Source: Mycoplasma mycoides subsp. capri (GTDB lineage Bacteria; Bacillota_I; Bacilli_A; Mycoplasmatales; Mycoplasmataceae). From it: a DNA stretch of 32,000 nt. Of this stretch, positions 1 to 9,000 are shown piece after piece. The DNA lies in NCBI RefSeq assembly GCF_018389705.1, contig NZ_CP065581.1, positions 180,001-212,000 on the forward strand, read 5' to 3'. Under the pieces are notes generated by a model. It did no database searches. It had not been told where the DNA came from and saw only the letters and a list, made by a program, of their open reading frames with translations. Numbering within the stretch: position 1 is the first letter of the stretch; each line of letters starts with the position of its first letter. Made by a program: the position numbers and the translations under genes.

Positions 1-1
1 T

Positions 2-286
2 GTTCCAGCATATCAAATTAATTTTGATAATATGGGATATTATGCAATGGGCGCTTATGAATTAGGACCAGATCCAATTATTAATATTGTAGCAGCAGCT
101 CAACAGCATGTTGATCAAGCAATTTCACTAACTTTATTTATGACTGATAAGGCAACAACTAGAGATTTAAACAAAGCATATGTTAATGCTTTTAAACAAG
201 GTTGTTCTTCAATTTATTATGTAAGAATCCGTCAAGATGTTTTAGAAAATAGTGAAAACTATGAATGTGATGCATGTAAAATTTAA
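2..286 (+). CDS. nrdE: Ribonucleoside-diphosphate reductase class Ib alpha subunit, C-terminal end (5'-partial; gene begins upstream of window)
   Basis: Frame is open from the window edge. The tail ...CSSIYYVRIRQDVLENSENYECDACKI* has the YY-x-R-x-R segment and terminal C-x2-C pair typical of NrdE C-termini. A hairpin terminator follows. Confidence 0.8.
   Translation, partial: VPAYQINFDNMGYYAMGAYELGPDPIINIVAAAQQHVDQAISLTLFMTDKATTRDLNKAYVNAFKQGCSSIYYVRIRQDVLENSENYECDACKI
191..286 (+). repeat. Direct repeat copy 1 (96 bp): last 31 codons plus stop of nrdE
   Basis: tttaaacaaggttgTtcttcaatttattatgtaagaatccgtcaagatgttttagaaaatagtgaaaactatgaatgtgatgcatgtaaaatttaa recurs at 2704-2799 with one difference (T205 vs C2718, synonymous Cys TGT/TGC). 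Offset is 2513 bp. Confidence 0.95.
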
Positions 287-307
287 AAGCTTAAATTCAA
301 CAATTTA

Positions 308-340
308 CCTTGCTTTTTTTAAAAAATGCAAGGTTTTTTT
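308..340 (+). terminator. Rho-independent terminator after nrdE copy 1
   Basis: ccttgc (308-313) pairs with gcaagg (328-333), followed by a T7 run (334-340). Confidence 0.6.
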
Positions 341-393
341 GAAAAAAATGTAATATTTTTAATTATTTTTCTAATACTAATATGAGGTGAATT

Positions 394-1239
394 ATGTATA
401 AGAAAAATAAGAAACCAAAATATAATAAAGAGAAAACTATTTGTAAAGAAATAGGTTATTTCTTAAACAAAAATAATGAATATCAAATACATCCTTTTCC
501 ATCAACTGTTAATAAAGTTCCTAAGAAACTACCTGAATTCATTACTAATTTAACATTAGCTTTTTGGAATAATGAAAATGAAATAATTTGTAATCTTGAT
601 AAATGAAATCTTAAGAATGTTACATCATTAAATAGAATGTTTAAAGGTGCTAAAAGTTTTGATCAAGATATATCTAACTGAAACACTAGTAATGTTGTTG
701 ATATGCAACTTTTATTTGATGGAGCTGAAAATTTCAATCAAAATCTAAATAAGTGAGATACATCAAATGTTTTAAATATGGAAGCTATGTTTAGATCTGC
801 TTATCTTTTTAACATAGACTTAAATAAGTGAAATACATCTAAAGTACAAAATATGAGATCTATGTTTTATGAAGCACGCTCGTTTAATGGCGATATTTCA
901 ACATGAGATGTAAGCAGTGTTAAGTATATGGAATATATGTTTTACGGTGTCTTAAAATTTAATCAAGATATTTCATCTTGAAATATCAAAAACGTAATTA
1001 ATACAAGATCTATGTTTAAGAATGCAATAGGATTTAATCAGAACATTTCATATTGAAACACTTCTAATATTAAGGAAATGAGTTGAATGTTTCATAATGC
1101 TAGAAATTTTAATCAAGATATTTCATCTTGAAATGTATCAAAAGTTAATTTATTTAATAGTTTTTCGAATAATTCGAAAATAGATAAAAATAAGAAATAT
1201 TTACCAAAAAAATTTATTTCTAAAATTTCTAAAACATAA
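394..1239 (+). CDS. DUF285 / BspA-like leucine-rich-repeat family protein (Mollicutes repeat family), 281 aa, no signal peptide
   Basis: GAGGTG RBS at 383-388. ORF joins across 9 in-frame TGA codons. About 7.5 tandem 25-aa units of the form (K/S)W(N/D)TSNVxxMxxMFxxAxxFNQDIS. The N-terminus MYKKNKKPKYNKEK is hydrophilic, with no lipobox or TM. Confidence 0.85.
601..1155 (+). repeat. Tandem 75-bp (25-codon) coding repeats inside the DUF285 gene
   Basis: The conserved Trp codon TGA sits at 604, 679, 754, 829, 904, 979, 1054 and 1129, an exact 75-bp register. The string aatcaagatatttcatcttgaaat occurs at both 961 and 1111. Confidence 0.9.
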
Positions 1240-1299
1240 TTACTTAAATAAAATATACTATAGTTGTATAATATGTTTTTTAAAAATGGGGGTGTAAAA

Positions 1300-2019
1300 A
1301 TGAAAGTATCACCATCTGTGTTTAGTAACAAAAGGACTAAAATCTCAGAATTAGGAAAAGATATTTTTAAAAATGAGCGTATGGAATTTAACCATAAATA
1401 TGGCTTAGATGGTCTTGTTATGTTAAACAATATAAAAGACAATGCCATTCCTGTTGTTTTTTTTGACCCTCAGTATAGAGGTGTTCTAGATAAATTATCA
1501 TATGGCAATGAAGGCAAACGACAAATAAAAAGATCAGAATTACAACAAATGACTGAAGAAAAAATAGTTCATTTTATAAGGGAAATGGATAGGGTTCTTA
1601 TCCCAACAGGTCATTTATTTTTATGAGTCGATAAATTTCATTTATGTCAAGGAATTTCGGATTGAATAAAAGATACATCATTATCTATTGTTGATATGAT
1701 TGTGTGAGATAAAGAAAAAATGGGTATGGGCTATCGTACAAGACGCCAATGCGAATATTTAATTGTTTTACAAAAAAAACCAATTAGAGCTAAAAATGTC
1801 TGAAGATTAAGAAATATAAGAGATGTTTGAAAAGAAAAAATAGTAGACAAAGTTCATCCTCATCAAAAACCTATAGAGCTACAAAAAATATTAATTCAAG
1901 CAGTCTCAAATCCTGGTGATGTTATTATGGATGTTGCTGCTGGTAGTTTTTCAGTTTTAACAAGCTGTATTGAAACAGGTAGATTATTTATAGGAACCGA
2001 TATAAAGGAAAAGCAATAA
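1300..2019 (+). CDS. Beta-class N6A/N4C DNA methyltransferase (type II R-M modification subunit), 239 aa
   Basis: TATAAT box at 1267-1272 and GGGGGTG RBS before ATG 1300. Motif IV variant FFDPQY comes first, then HPHQKP and the C-terminal AdoMet motif IMDVAAGSFS; this is the order of the N4/N6 MTase (beta) family. Five in-frame TGA codons. Confidence 0.85.
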
Positions 2020-2696
2020 TGGCATTAATAGAAAAAAGAAAAAAGGAAAGAATAACAAGTGGTTCTTATGAACGTGTTTTTGGAAATAAGGAATTAGGTT
2101 CCTTAATAAGTATGGTGCATTCTACATCTATCTCAAACGGTAACGAATTAGAGAAAATCATCTTAAATAAATGCAAAAAAGTGGTGAAGGATGCAAAGGA
2201 GCTAAATTCCATTTTACAAAAGGAATTTGATGATAGTTGAGATGTTATTATAGTTCCTAAAAAAGTTATTAAAAATTCATCAATTAAAAATTCAATGGAA
2301 CCAGACTTTTTAATAATCCAAAAATCCAGTGAGACATTAAATATAATAGAACTTAAAGATGGATGAGTTTTTGATACAAAAAAGGTCGCAGGAGAGTATC
2401 AGCAGTTAATAAATTTTCAAAATGAAATATCTAAATCAATAAGTTTTATAACAAAAATTTGGATATGCAGTTTCAATAATGATAGTAAAGAAGAAATTTT
2501 TTTAGGTTTAAAAAGTAAAGTTCCTATCAAACATATTATGACAGGTGAAGAGTTTTGTGATCTATTGAATATAAGTAAGCAAGAAATTCAAAAAGAGAGA
2601 CAAAGAGATAGTGAGAAGAATTTAAACTTTTTTATCGCTGAACTTTTAAAAATAGATGATGTAAGAAATAGAATAATTGAAGAATTATCGAAATAA
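2019..2696 (+). CDS. Putative type II restriction endonuclease (PD-(D/E)xK-like), 225 aa
   Basis: ATG overlaps the MTase stop (TAATG at 2017-2021). A candidate catalytic core is EPDFLII...x14...IELKDG (PD...ExK spacing). The size and its position directly after the MTase fit a cognate REase. No family assignment is possible by eye. Confidence 0.55.
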
Positions 2697-2703
2697 TCAC
2701 AAG

Positions 2704-2799
2704 TTTAAACAAGGTTGCTCTTCAATTTATTATGTAAGAATCCGTCAAGATGTTTTAGAAAATAGTGAAAACTATGAATGTGATGCATGTAAAATTTAA
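2704..2799 (+). pseudogene. Direct repeat copy 2: orphan duplicate of the nrdE 3' end (31 codons plus stop, no start)
   Basis: 95/96 identity to 191-286. The upstream sequence (tcacaag) diverges from nrdE, so this is a detached fragment. A separate hairpin terminator follows. Confidence 0.9.
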
Positions 2800-2808
2800 T
2801 AAATTTTT

Positions 2809-2843
2809 AACCAAGTATTAAAATTTTAGTATTTGGTTTTTTT
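2809..2843 (+). terminator. Rho-independent terminator after nrdE fragment copy 2 (probably the ancestral nrdE terminator)
   Basis: aaccaagta (2809-2817) pairs with tatttggtt (2830-2838; one G-U), then a T run to 2843. Confidence 0.6.
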
Positions 2844-2930
2844 ATTTTTTTAATAATAAAAAAACAATTTTTAAAAAGTAGTTTTTAATTCTTATCTTAA
2901 TTTTTTATTTTTAAATTTTTACTAATTTTA

Positions 2931-2959
2931 TTGGAATAGAAGTTAAATAATATTATAAT
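2931..2959 (+). promoter_or_regulatory. Candidate sigma-70-type promoter of purA-purB
   Basis: TTGGAA (2931-2936), 17-nt spacer, TATAAT (2954-2959), about 60 nt upstream of the purA ATG. Confidence 0.5.
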
Positions 2960-3017
2960 GAATTTTTCGATATCTTTTTTAGAAGATATTTTTAAAACAC
3001 GTTCTTAAGGAGAATTT

Positions 3018-4316
3018 ATGAAAAACAACTATAAGTCATTAGTTATTGTAGGTAGCCAATGAGGGGATGAAGGTAAAGGAAAAATAACAGATTATTTTAG
3101 CCAAAAAGCTGATGTTGTTGTAAGATTTGCTGGTGGAGATAATGCTGGGCATATGATTGAATTTAATAATAAACGTCATAAAGTAACAATTATTCCATCA
3201 GGAGTATTTAACCCTAAAGTAAAAAATATTATTGGTAATGGAACAGTAATTAATTTAAAAAGTTTAGTTAATGAAATTAAAAGATTAAATGAATCAAATA
3301 TTAGTACTGATAATGTTTTTATTTCAGATAGAGCACATCTAATTTTTGATTGACATACTTTAATAGATCAATTACAAGAAGAAAATAGAAAAGAAAATAA
3401 AATAGGTACAACAAAAAGAGGAATTGGTCCTACTTATGCTGATAAAGCAGCTAGATATGGAATTAGAATTTGTGATTTTCAAAACCCTAATTTTAAAGAG
3501 ATATTAAAAGAAAACTTAGATTATCATAATCAAATCATTACTAAAGTTTATAATCATGAACCTTTAGATTTTGATGTTATTTATAATGAATTAATAACAA
3601 ATTATCAGTTTATTAAAAATAATATTATTGATAGTGGGTATGAAGTTTCTAATTTAATTAATGAAAATAAATTTGTTCTATTTGAAGGAGCTCAAGGAGT
3701 TTTATTAGATATAGATCATGGGACTTATCCATTTGTAACTTCTTCAAATTGTTCAGCTAATAATGCTTCAATTGGAACTGGAATTCATAATAAACAAATT
3801 AATAAAGTTTTAGGAATTGTTAAAGCTTATAATACTAGAGTTGGGTCTGGAGCTATGGTTAGTGAAATTAAAACAGAACTAGCTCATAAATTAAGAGAAC
3901 GTGGAAGAGAATATGGATCAAACACTGGAAAACCAAGAAGAATTGGATGATTAGATTTAGTTGCTTTAAAATATGCAATTAGAGTTGGTGGAATTGATCA
4001 ATTATTTTTAACTTTATTTGATGTTTTAGATACAGAAACAAAAATTAAAATTTGTACACATTATAAACTAGATGGAAAAATTATTGATTGATTTCCAGCA
4101 AGTGATTATGAATTAAAAAGATGTGAACCAGTTTATGAAGAATTAGATGGTTGAAATCAAGATATTACTAAAGTAACTTCTTTTGAAGAACTACCAATTA
4201 ATGCTCAAAAATACATTAAAAGAATTGAAGAAATTGTAAAAGTTCCATTTCTAGGATTTTCAGTAGGACCAGATCGTAAGCAAACAATCTTAATTAAAGG
4301 TGAATTTGATGATTAG
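3018..4316 (+). CDS. purA: Adenylosuccinate synthetase, 432 aa
   Basis: AAGGAG RBS. N-terminus [17 protein letters not shown] and GGDNAGH are hallmark PurA P-loop/GTP motifs. ORF is continuous across several TGA(Trp) codons. Confidence 0.95.
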
Positions 4317-5607
4317 TAGATATCAAGTTAAAGAAATCACAGATATTTGAAGTGATCAAAATAAATACAACACTTGGTTAAAAATTGAACAATTAGTAAC
4401 TAATGGCTGAGCTGAAATTATAAAAATCAATAAGGATGATCTTTTTAAAATTAATAATGATTTAAAAGTTGATTTAAATAGAATGTTAGAAATTGAACAA
4501 GAGACAAAACATGATGTTGTTGCTTTTACTAGAATGTTATCAGAACAATTAGATAATGAAAGTAAATGAATTCATTTAGGAATTACTTCAACTGATATTG
4601 TTGACACTGCTCAAAATTATTTAATTAAACAATCTAATCAAATTGTTTTTAATGAATTAGAAAATATTTTAAAGACCTTAAAAACACTAGCTTTAGAACA
4701 TAAAAATACATTAATTATGGGAAGAACTCATGGAATGTATGGTGAACCTACTAGTTTAGGGTTAAAGTTTTGTTTATGATATGATGAATTTTTAAGACAT
4801 ATTAAACGTTTTGAATTAGCTAGAAATGATATAGAAGTTGTTAAAATATCAGGATCAATGGGAAATTATGCTAACTTAGATCCACAAATTGAATTATATG
4901 TAGCTAATAAATTAAATATGAATATTGATAGTTTATCAACTCAAGTAAGTCAAAGAGATAGACACATTTTTTTAGTTGAAGTTTTAGCAAATATTGCTTC
5001 AACTTTAGAAAAAATTTCAACTGAAATTAGATTATTTCAAAGAAGTGATGTTAATGAACTTGCTGAAGGTTTTTTAAAAAACCAAAAAGGTAGTTCTTCA
5101 ATGCCACATAAAAAAAATCCAATTTCTAGTGAAAATATAGCTGGATTAAGTAGATATATTAAATCAATTGTTCATATTGTTTTAGAAAATAATAATTTAT
5201 GACATGAAAGAGATATTTCTCATTCTTCAAATGAAAGAATTTATTTACCAGATATTTTTAATTTGACTGTTTATATATTAAAAAGAATGAATGAAACATT
5301 AACTAATTTAGTTATTAATAAAACTCAAATGTTAGAACACATTAAACAAGCTAAAAATATTTACTTTTCTCAAAGAGTTTTAACATTTATTTTATTAGAA
5401 CAAACAAATGTTACTAGAGATCAAGTTTATGATTTAATTCAACAAATCACTTTTAAATGCTCTAAAAATAATTTAGATTTTAAAACTGAAGTTTTAAATA
5501 GTAAATTAACTGAATTTGTTTCAGTAAAAAAAATAGAACAACTTTTTGATGATCAATTCTTTTTAAGACATGTTGATTATATTTTTAATAGAGTGTTTAA
5601 TAAATAA
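4309..5607 (+). CDS. purB: Adenylosuccinate lyase, 432 aa
   Basis: ATG 4309 overlaps the purA stop by 8 nt. The fumarase/lyase family signature [11 protein letters not shown] is present, and length and order (purA-purB) fit. Confidence 0.93.
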
Positions 5608-5642
5608 GTTTTTATATTGGTATTAATTAAAATGGAGTTAAA

Positions 5643-6194
5643 ATGTACGATTTAAAAAACATAAAAAAAGTTTTATTTACTAAAGAACAAATCAATGAAC
5701 GTATTAAACAAGTAGCTAATCAAGTTAAACAATATTATTTAGAGCATCCACCAGTTAATGGTCCTTTAATAACAGTTGGATTATTAAAAGGTTGTGTTAT
5801 TTTTAATACAGAATTTGTTTTAAATTTTGATTATCCTATTCAAATGGATTTTATGGCTGTTTCTTCATATAATGGAATGCAATCAACTGGAGCAATTAAA
5901 ATTAAATTAGATACTAGTTTAGATTTAACTAATAGAGATGTTTTAATTGTTGAAGATATGGTTGATACTGGATTAACTTTAAGTAAAGTTAAAGAGCATA
6001 TTATATATAAAGGAGCTAATAGTGTTAAAGTAGTAACTTTAGTTGATAAAAAAGATTTTCATACTGTTGATTTTACTCCTGATTGAAATTGTTTTAATAT
6101 TGATGATTATTATATTGTTGGTTATGGTTTTGATTGTAATGAAGATTATAGAAACCTACCATACATAGCTTTATATCAACCAGATAATAATTAA
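5643..6194 (+). CDS. hpt: Hypoxanthine-guanine phosphoribosyltransferase, 183 aa
   Basis: PRPP-binding motif [13 protein letters not shown] and the downstream YIVGYGFD motif. GGAG RBS. Confidence 0.9.
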
Positions 6195-6197
6195 TAA

Positions 6198-6225
6198 GGT
6201 TCTTAAATATTTAAGAACCTTTTTT
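6198..6225 (+). terminator. Rho-independent terminator after hpt
   Basis: ggttcttaa (6198-6206) pairs with ttaagaacc (6211-6219), then a T6 run. Confidence 0.75.
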
Positions 6226-6260
6226 ATTATCTTATTACAAGTTTGTATTAAATTGCTTGT

Positions 6261-6279
6261 AAAAAAAAAAAAAAAAAAA
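6261..6279 (+). repeat. Homopolymeric A19 tract in the promoter region of the lipoprotein gene
   Basis: 19 consecutive A, counted directly, 78 nt upstream of the GTG start at 6357. It lies about 20 nt upstream of a candidate promoter: TTGGAT 6299-6304, then TG-n-TAATAA 6318-6326. Confidence 0.95.
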
Positions 6280-6356
6280 GTATTGCGAGTTGATAATATT
6301 GGATTAACCAAGCATATTGGTAATAAATAAAAAAATAAAGAAAGGTTGTGCTTTAA

Positions 6357-7133
6357 GTGAAAAAAGTCTTAACTACATTAAGTGTTTTAAGTATGATAAC
6401 TATACCTATAACAATAACAGTTTCTTGTTCATCATGAAGAACAGCACCAATGACAGTTAAACAAATTTCAGATGTTTTAGATATTTATAAAAATGAATCT
6501 TTAAAGCAAATAAATTCTGATAATGTTGTAGTAATTAAGGCCAGTGGTCTTTCTAATATAGACATAAACTCTTTACAAAAAATCAAAGAAAACAGAGAAA
6601 ATAAATTAAATAAAAAAATTGAAGAAAATTCAAAACTTATTATAGATAAACTAACAGAAAAAATATCATCTGTTGTTTCAAATAAAATAATCAATTTTGA
6701 AACTATTAGTTCTGATAAAACCAATCTAAAAGACGATATTTTTTCAAAACAAATAACAAAAGATTTTATTAAAGAAAAATGAAAACCATATTATCTTACT
6801 ATTAGTTTAGCTGATATTAATTTCAATTCTTTAGTTTCTCAAAATAAAGATCAGTGATTATCTAAATTAAATGGTTTACAAACTGTTACTTTTAGAAATA
6901 AAGATAAATCTATTTCTATTGATAAAACAAATAAGCCTAAATGATTTGATACTAGTATAAACAAAGTATCTATTATAGATTCACTAAAATTAGACTCTAT
7001 GTTATCTTCAAAAACTGATACAAATTTAAAAATAAATAAAATTGTTTATTTAGTATCATTTAATGCTAATGTTTTAAATTTTAAAGATGCAAAAAACGTA
7101 GCTTTTTATATTGAACACGATTTAAATAACTAG
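6357..7133 (+). CDS. Putative lipoprotein, 258 aa, unknown function
   Basis: GTG start with a GAAAGG RBS. Signal peptide VKKVLTTLSVLSMITIPITITVS-C ends in a lipobox-like VSC. ORF joins across 4 TGA codons. The mature part is hydrophilic. Confidence 0.7.
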
Positions 7134-7147
7134 AAAGGAGAATTAGT

Positions 7148-8989
7148 ATGTCAAACGATAATAAAACAATTGTTTCTAGTAACAAAGATCAATTAGAAGG
7201 ATTAAAAAATATAGTTGCTATTACTGCTTGTGCTGCTGGTGTTGCTCATACTTATATGGCAGCTGATAGTATTAGTAAAGCTGCAAAAGCACTTAATATT
7301 AATGTTCATGTTGAAACACAAGGAACAATTGGTGCTGAAAATGTTATATCAGATAAACAACTACAACAAGCTGATCTTGTTATAATTGCAGCTGATGTTA
7401 AGATTGATACTTCTAGATTTAATGGTAAAAAAATTTATATAACAGGTGTTAATGATGCAATTAAAAATCCTGAATTATTAATTAGAACAGCTTGACAACA
7501 AGCAGTAGAACAAGGTAAAAAAGGAACCAAAGTTGGTGTTTTTACAATTGGAGCTACTAAGAAAAAAGGTATATTAAACCATTTAATGACAGGTATTTCA
7601 TGAGTATTACCATTAATTATTGCAGCAGGAATATTAATGGCTATAGCTAATTTATCTGCATTTCAAACTATTTATTCAGATCAGGTTGGAGATTATACTC
7701 AAGCTTGAGTATTATATGAAAGACCTTTTCCACAATTTTTAATGAATGTAGGTTCTTTAGGATTTAAACTAGTAATACCATTATTTTCTGCATTTATTGC
7801 ATATTCAATTGCTGATAAACCAGGTATAGCTCCTGCTTTAATTGGTGGTTGAATTATTAATGATAATAAAATGCTAGGAATAAATGTTCCGGTTTCAGAA
7901 AATTCTTCTATTGAGCCAGGTGCTGGTTTTTTAGGAGCAATTATTGTTGGATTATTAGCTGGATATCTTGTTAAATTATTAAAGTCTTTACGTTGATGAA
8001 AAATTTTAAAACCTGTTGTTCCATTAATGATTATTCCTATTATTTCAGTATTTATAATTAGTACTTTTGTTAAATTTGTTATTGGAGCACCTATTGCTAA
8101 TTTAGTTTTAGGATTATTTGATGGTTTATCTGCTTTACAAGATAAATTTGCTGGAACTTCATTTGTGATTGCTTTAGTTGTTTCAATGATGATTGCTTTT
8201 GACTTAGGAGGGCCATTTAATAAAACTGCATTAGTATTTGGTACTGTTGTGTTTTATCAATCACTAGCTCAAGTGTTATCAAATGGACAAACTTTTTGAG
8301 ATGCAAACTTTGTTCCTGGAACAGCAGCTCAAGCAGCTATTTCAGTTCCACCTTTAGGAATGTTTTTAGCAACTTTATTATTTAAAAAGAAATTCACACA
8401 AAATGAACGCGTTATGGGAAAAGCTGCTTTTGCTCAAGGTATTGTTGGTATTACAGAAGGAGCAATACCATTTGCTGCAACAGATCCAATTAGAGTAATT
8501 TTTGCAAATGTAATTGGTGCTGCTGTTGCTGGAGTTGGTGTAACTTTAACTAATGCTAAATTTGCAGCAGGTTTAGGTTCACCTATAGGTGTATTTTTAG
8601 GATATATTCAATTAGATGGAATATTAGGTTGACCAATGGGATGAATTATTCCTATTTTACTAGGTATTTTAACAACTGCTTTAATCATAGGATTTACAAA
8701 ACCAAAAATTAAAGGAGAAGAATTAGAACAATTAGAAAAAGAATTAAAAGATAAAAAACTAAAACGTATTCAAGCACATAAAAACTTTAAACAAGCAATT
8801 AAAAGTCCTAAAATGATGTTTACTTTAATTAAAAAAGTGATTAAAAAATGATGAACTAACTATATAAGTGAAGTTAAAGAATTTTATTTAAATGCTTGAA
8901 AAGAAATTAAAAAATACTTTATTTTAAAATGAATGAATACTAAAAATTTCTTTAATAGATTAAAACAAATGTTTAGTAAGAAAAAATAG
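7148..8989 (+). CDS. PTS fructose-family EIIB-EIIC permease, 613 aa, with a long basic C-terminal tail
   Basis: AAAGGAG RBS. The IIB phospho-Cys motif is [15 protein letters not shown]. Multi-TM IIC core has [11 protein letters not shown] and ITEGAIPFA motifs. All ORF-track pieces (7148, 8027, 8360) share one frame and join through TGA. Confidence 0.9.
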
Positions 8990-9000
8990 GAAACTTTATT

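Noticed and set aside
366-379. 14-nt string tttttctaatacta shared between 366-379 and 25238-25251 (the latter followed by TATAAT)
   Set aside because: It is short and extremely AT-rich, so chance recurrence in this composition is plausible. There is no flanking homology. The second site faces the 3' end of a minus-strand gene with no plus-strand target.
1264-1299. Upstream alternative starts suggested by the ORF track (1264 for the MTase, 12121 for ROK, 14388 for the MupG-like gene, 16693 for coiled-coil A)
   Set aside because: The first three are TTG codons overlapping a promoter box or the preceding gene, and none has an RBS. In each case a downstream ATG (1300, 12136, 14397, 16711) has a properly spaced purine-rich RBS and gives the expected N-terminus. 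At 16693 an ATG exists, but the AAGGAT RBS sits between it and 16711.
1113-1448. Minus-strand 111-aa ORF spanning the DUF285 3' end and the MTase 5' end
   Set aside because: It is antisense to two well-supported genes, gives a low-complexity hydrophobic translation, and has no RBS.
2704-2799. Second nrdE-like segment as a functional small gene
   Set aside because: It has no start codon or RBS and is just the last 31 codons of nrdE. It is treated as the duplicated end created by cassette insertion.
2960-3017. Possible purine riboswitch or attenuator in the purA leader
   Set aside because: The leader is only about 50 nt from the predicted TSS, too short for a purine aptamer, and none of the conserved aptamer junction sequence is visible. 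Only a weak 7-bp AT-rich hairpin (2970-2989) with a short T run is present, which is not convincing as a regulated terminator.
6485-6724. Minus-strand 79-aa ORF inside the lipoprotein gene
   Set aside because: An antisense artefact of an AT-rich, K/N/E-rich sense frame.
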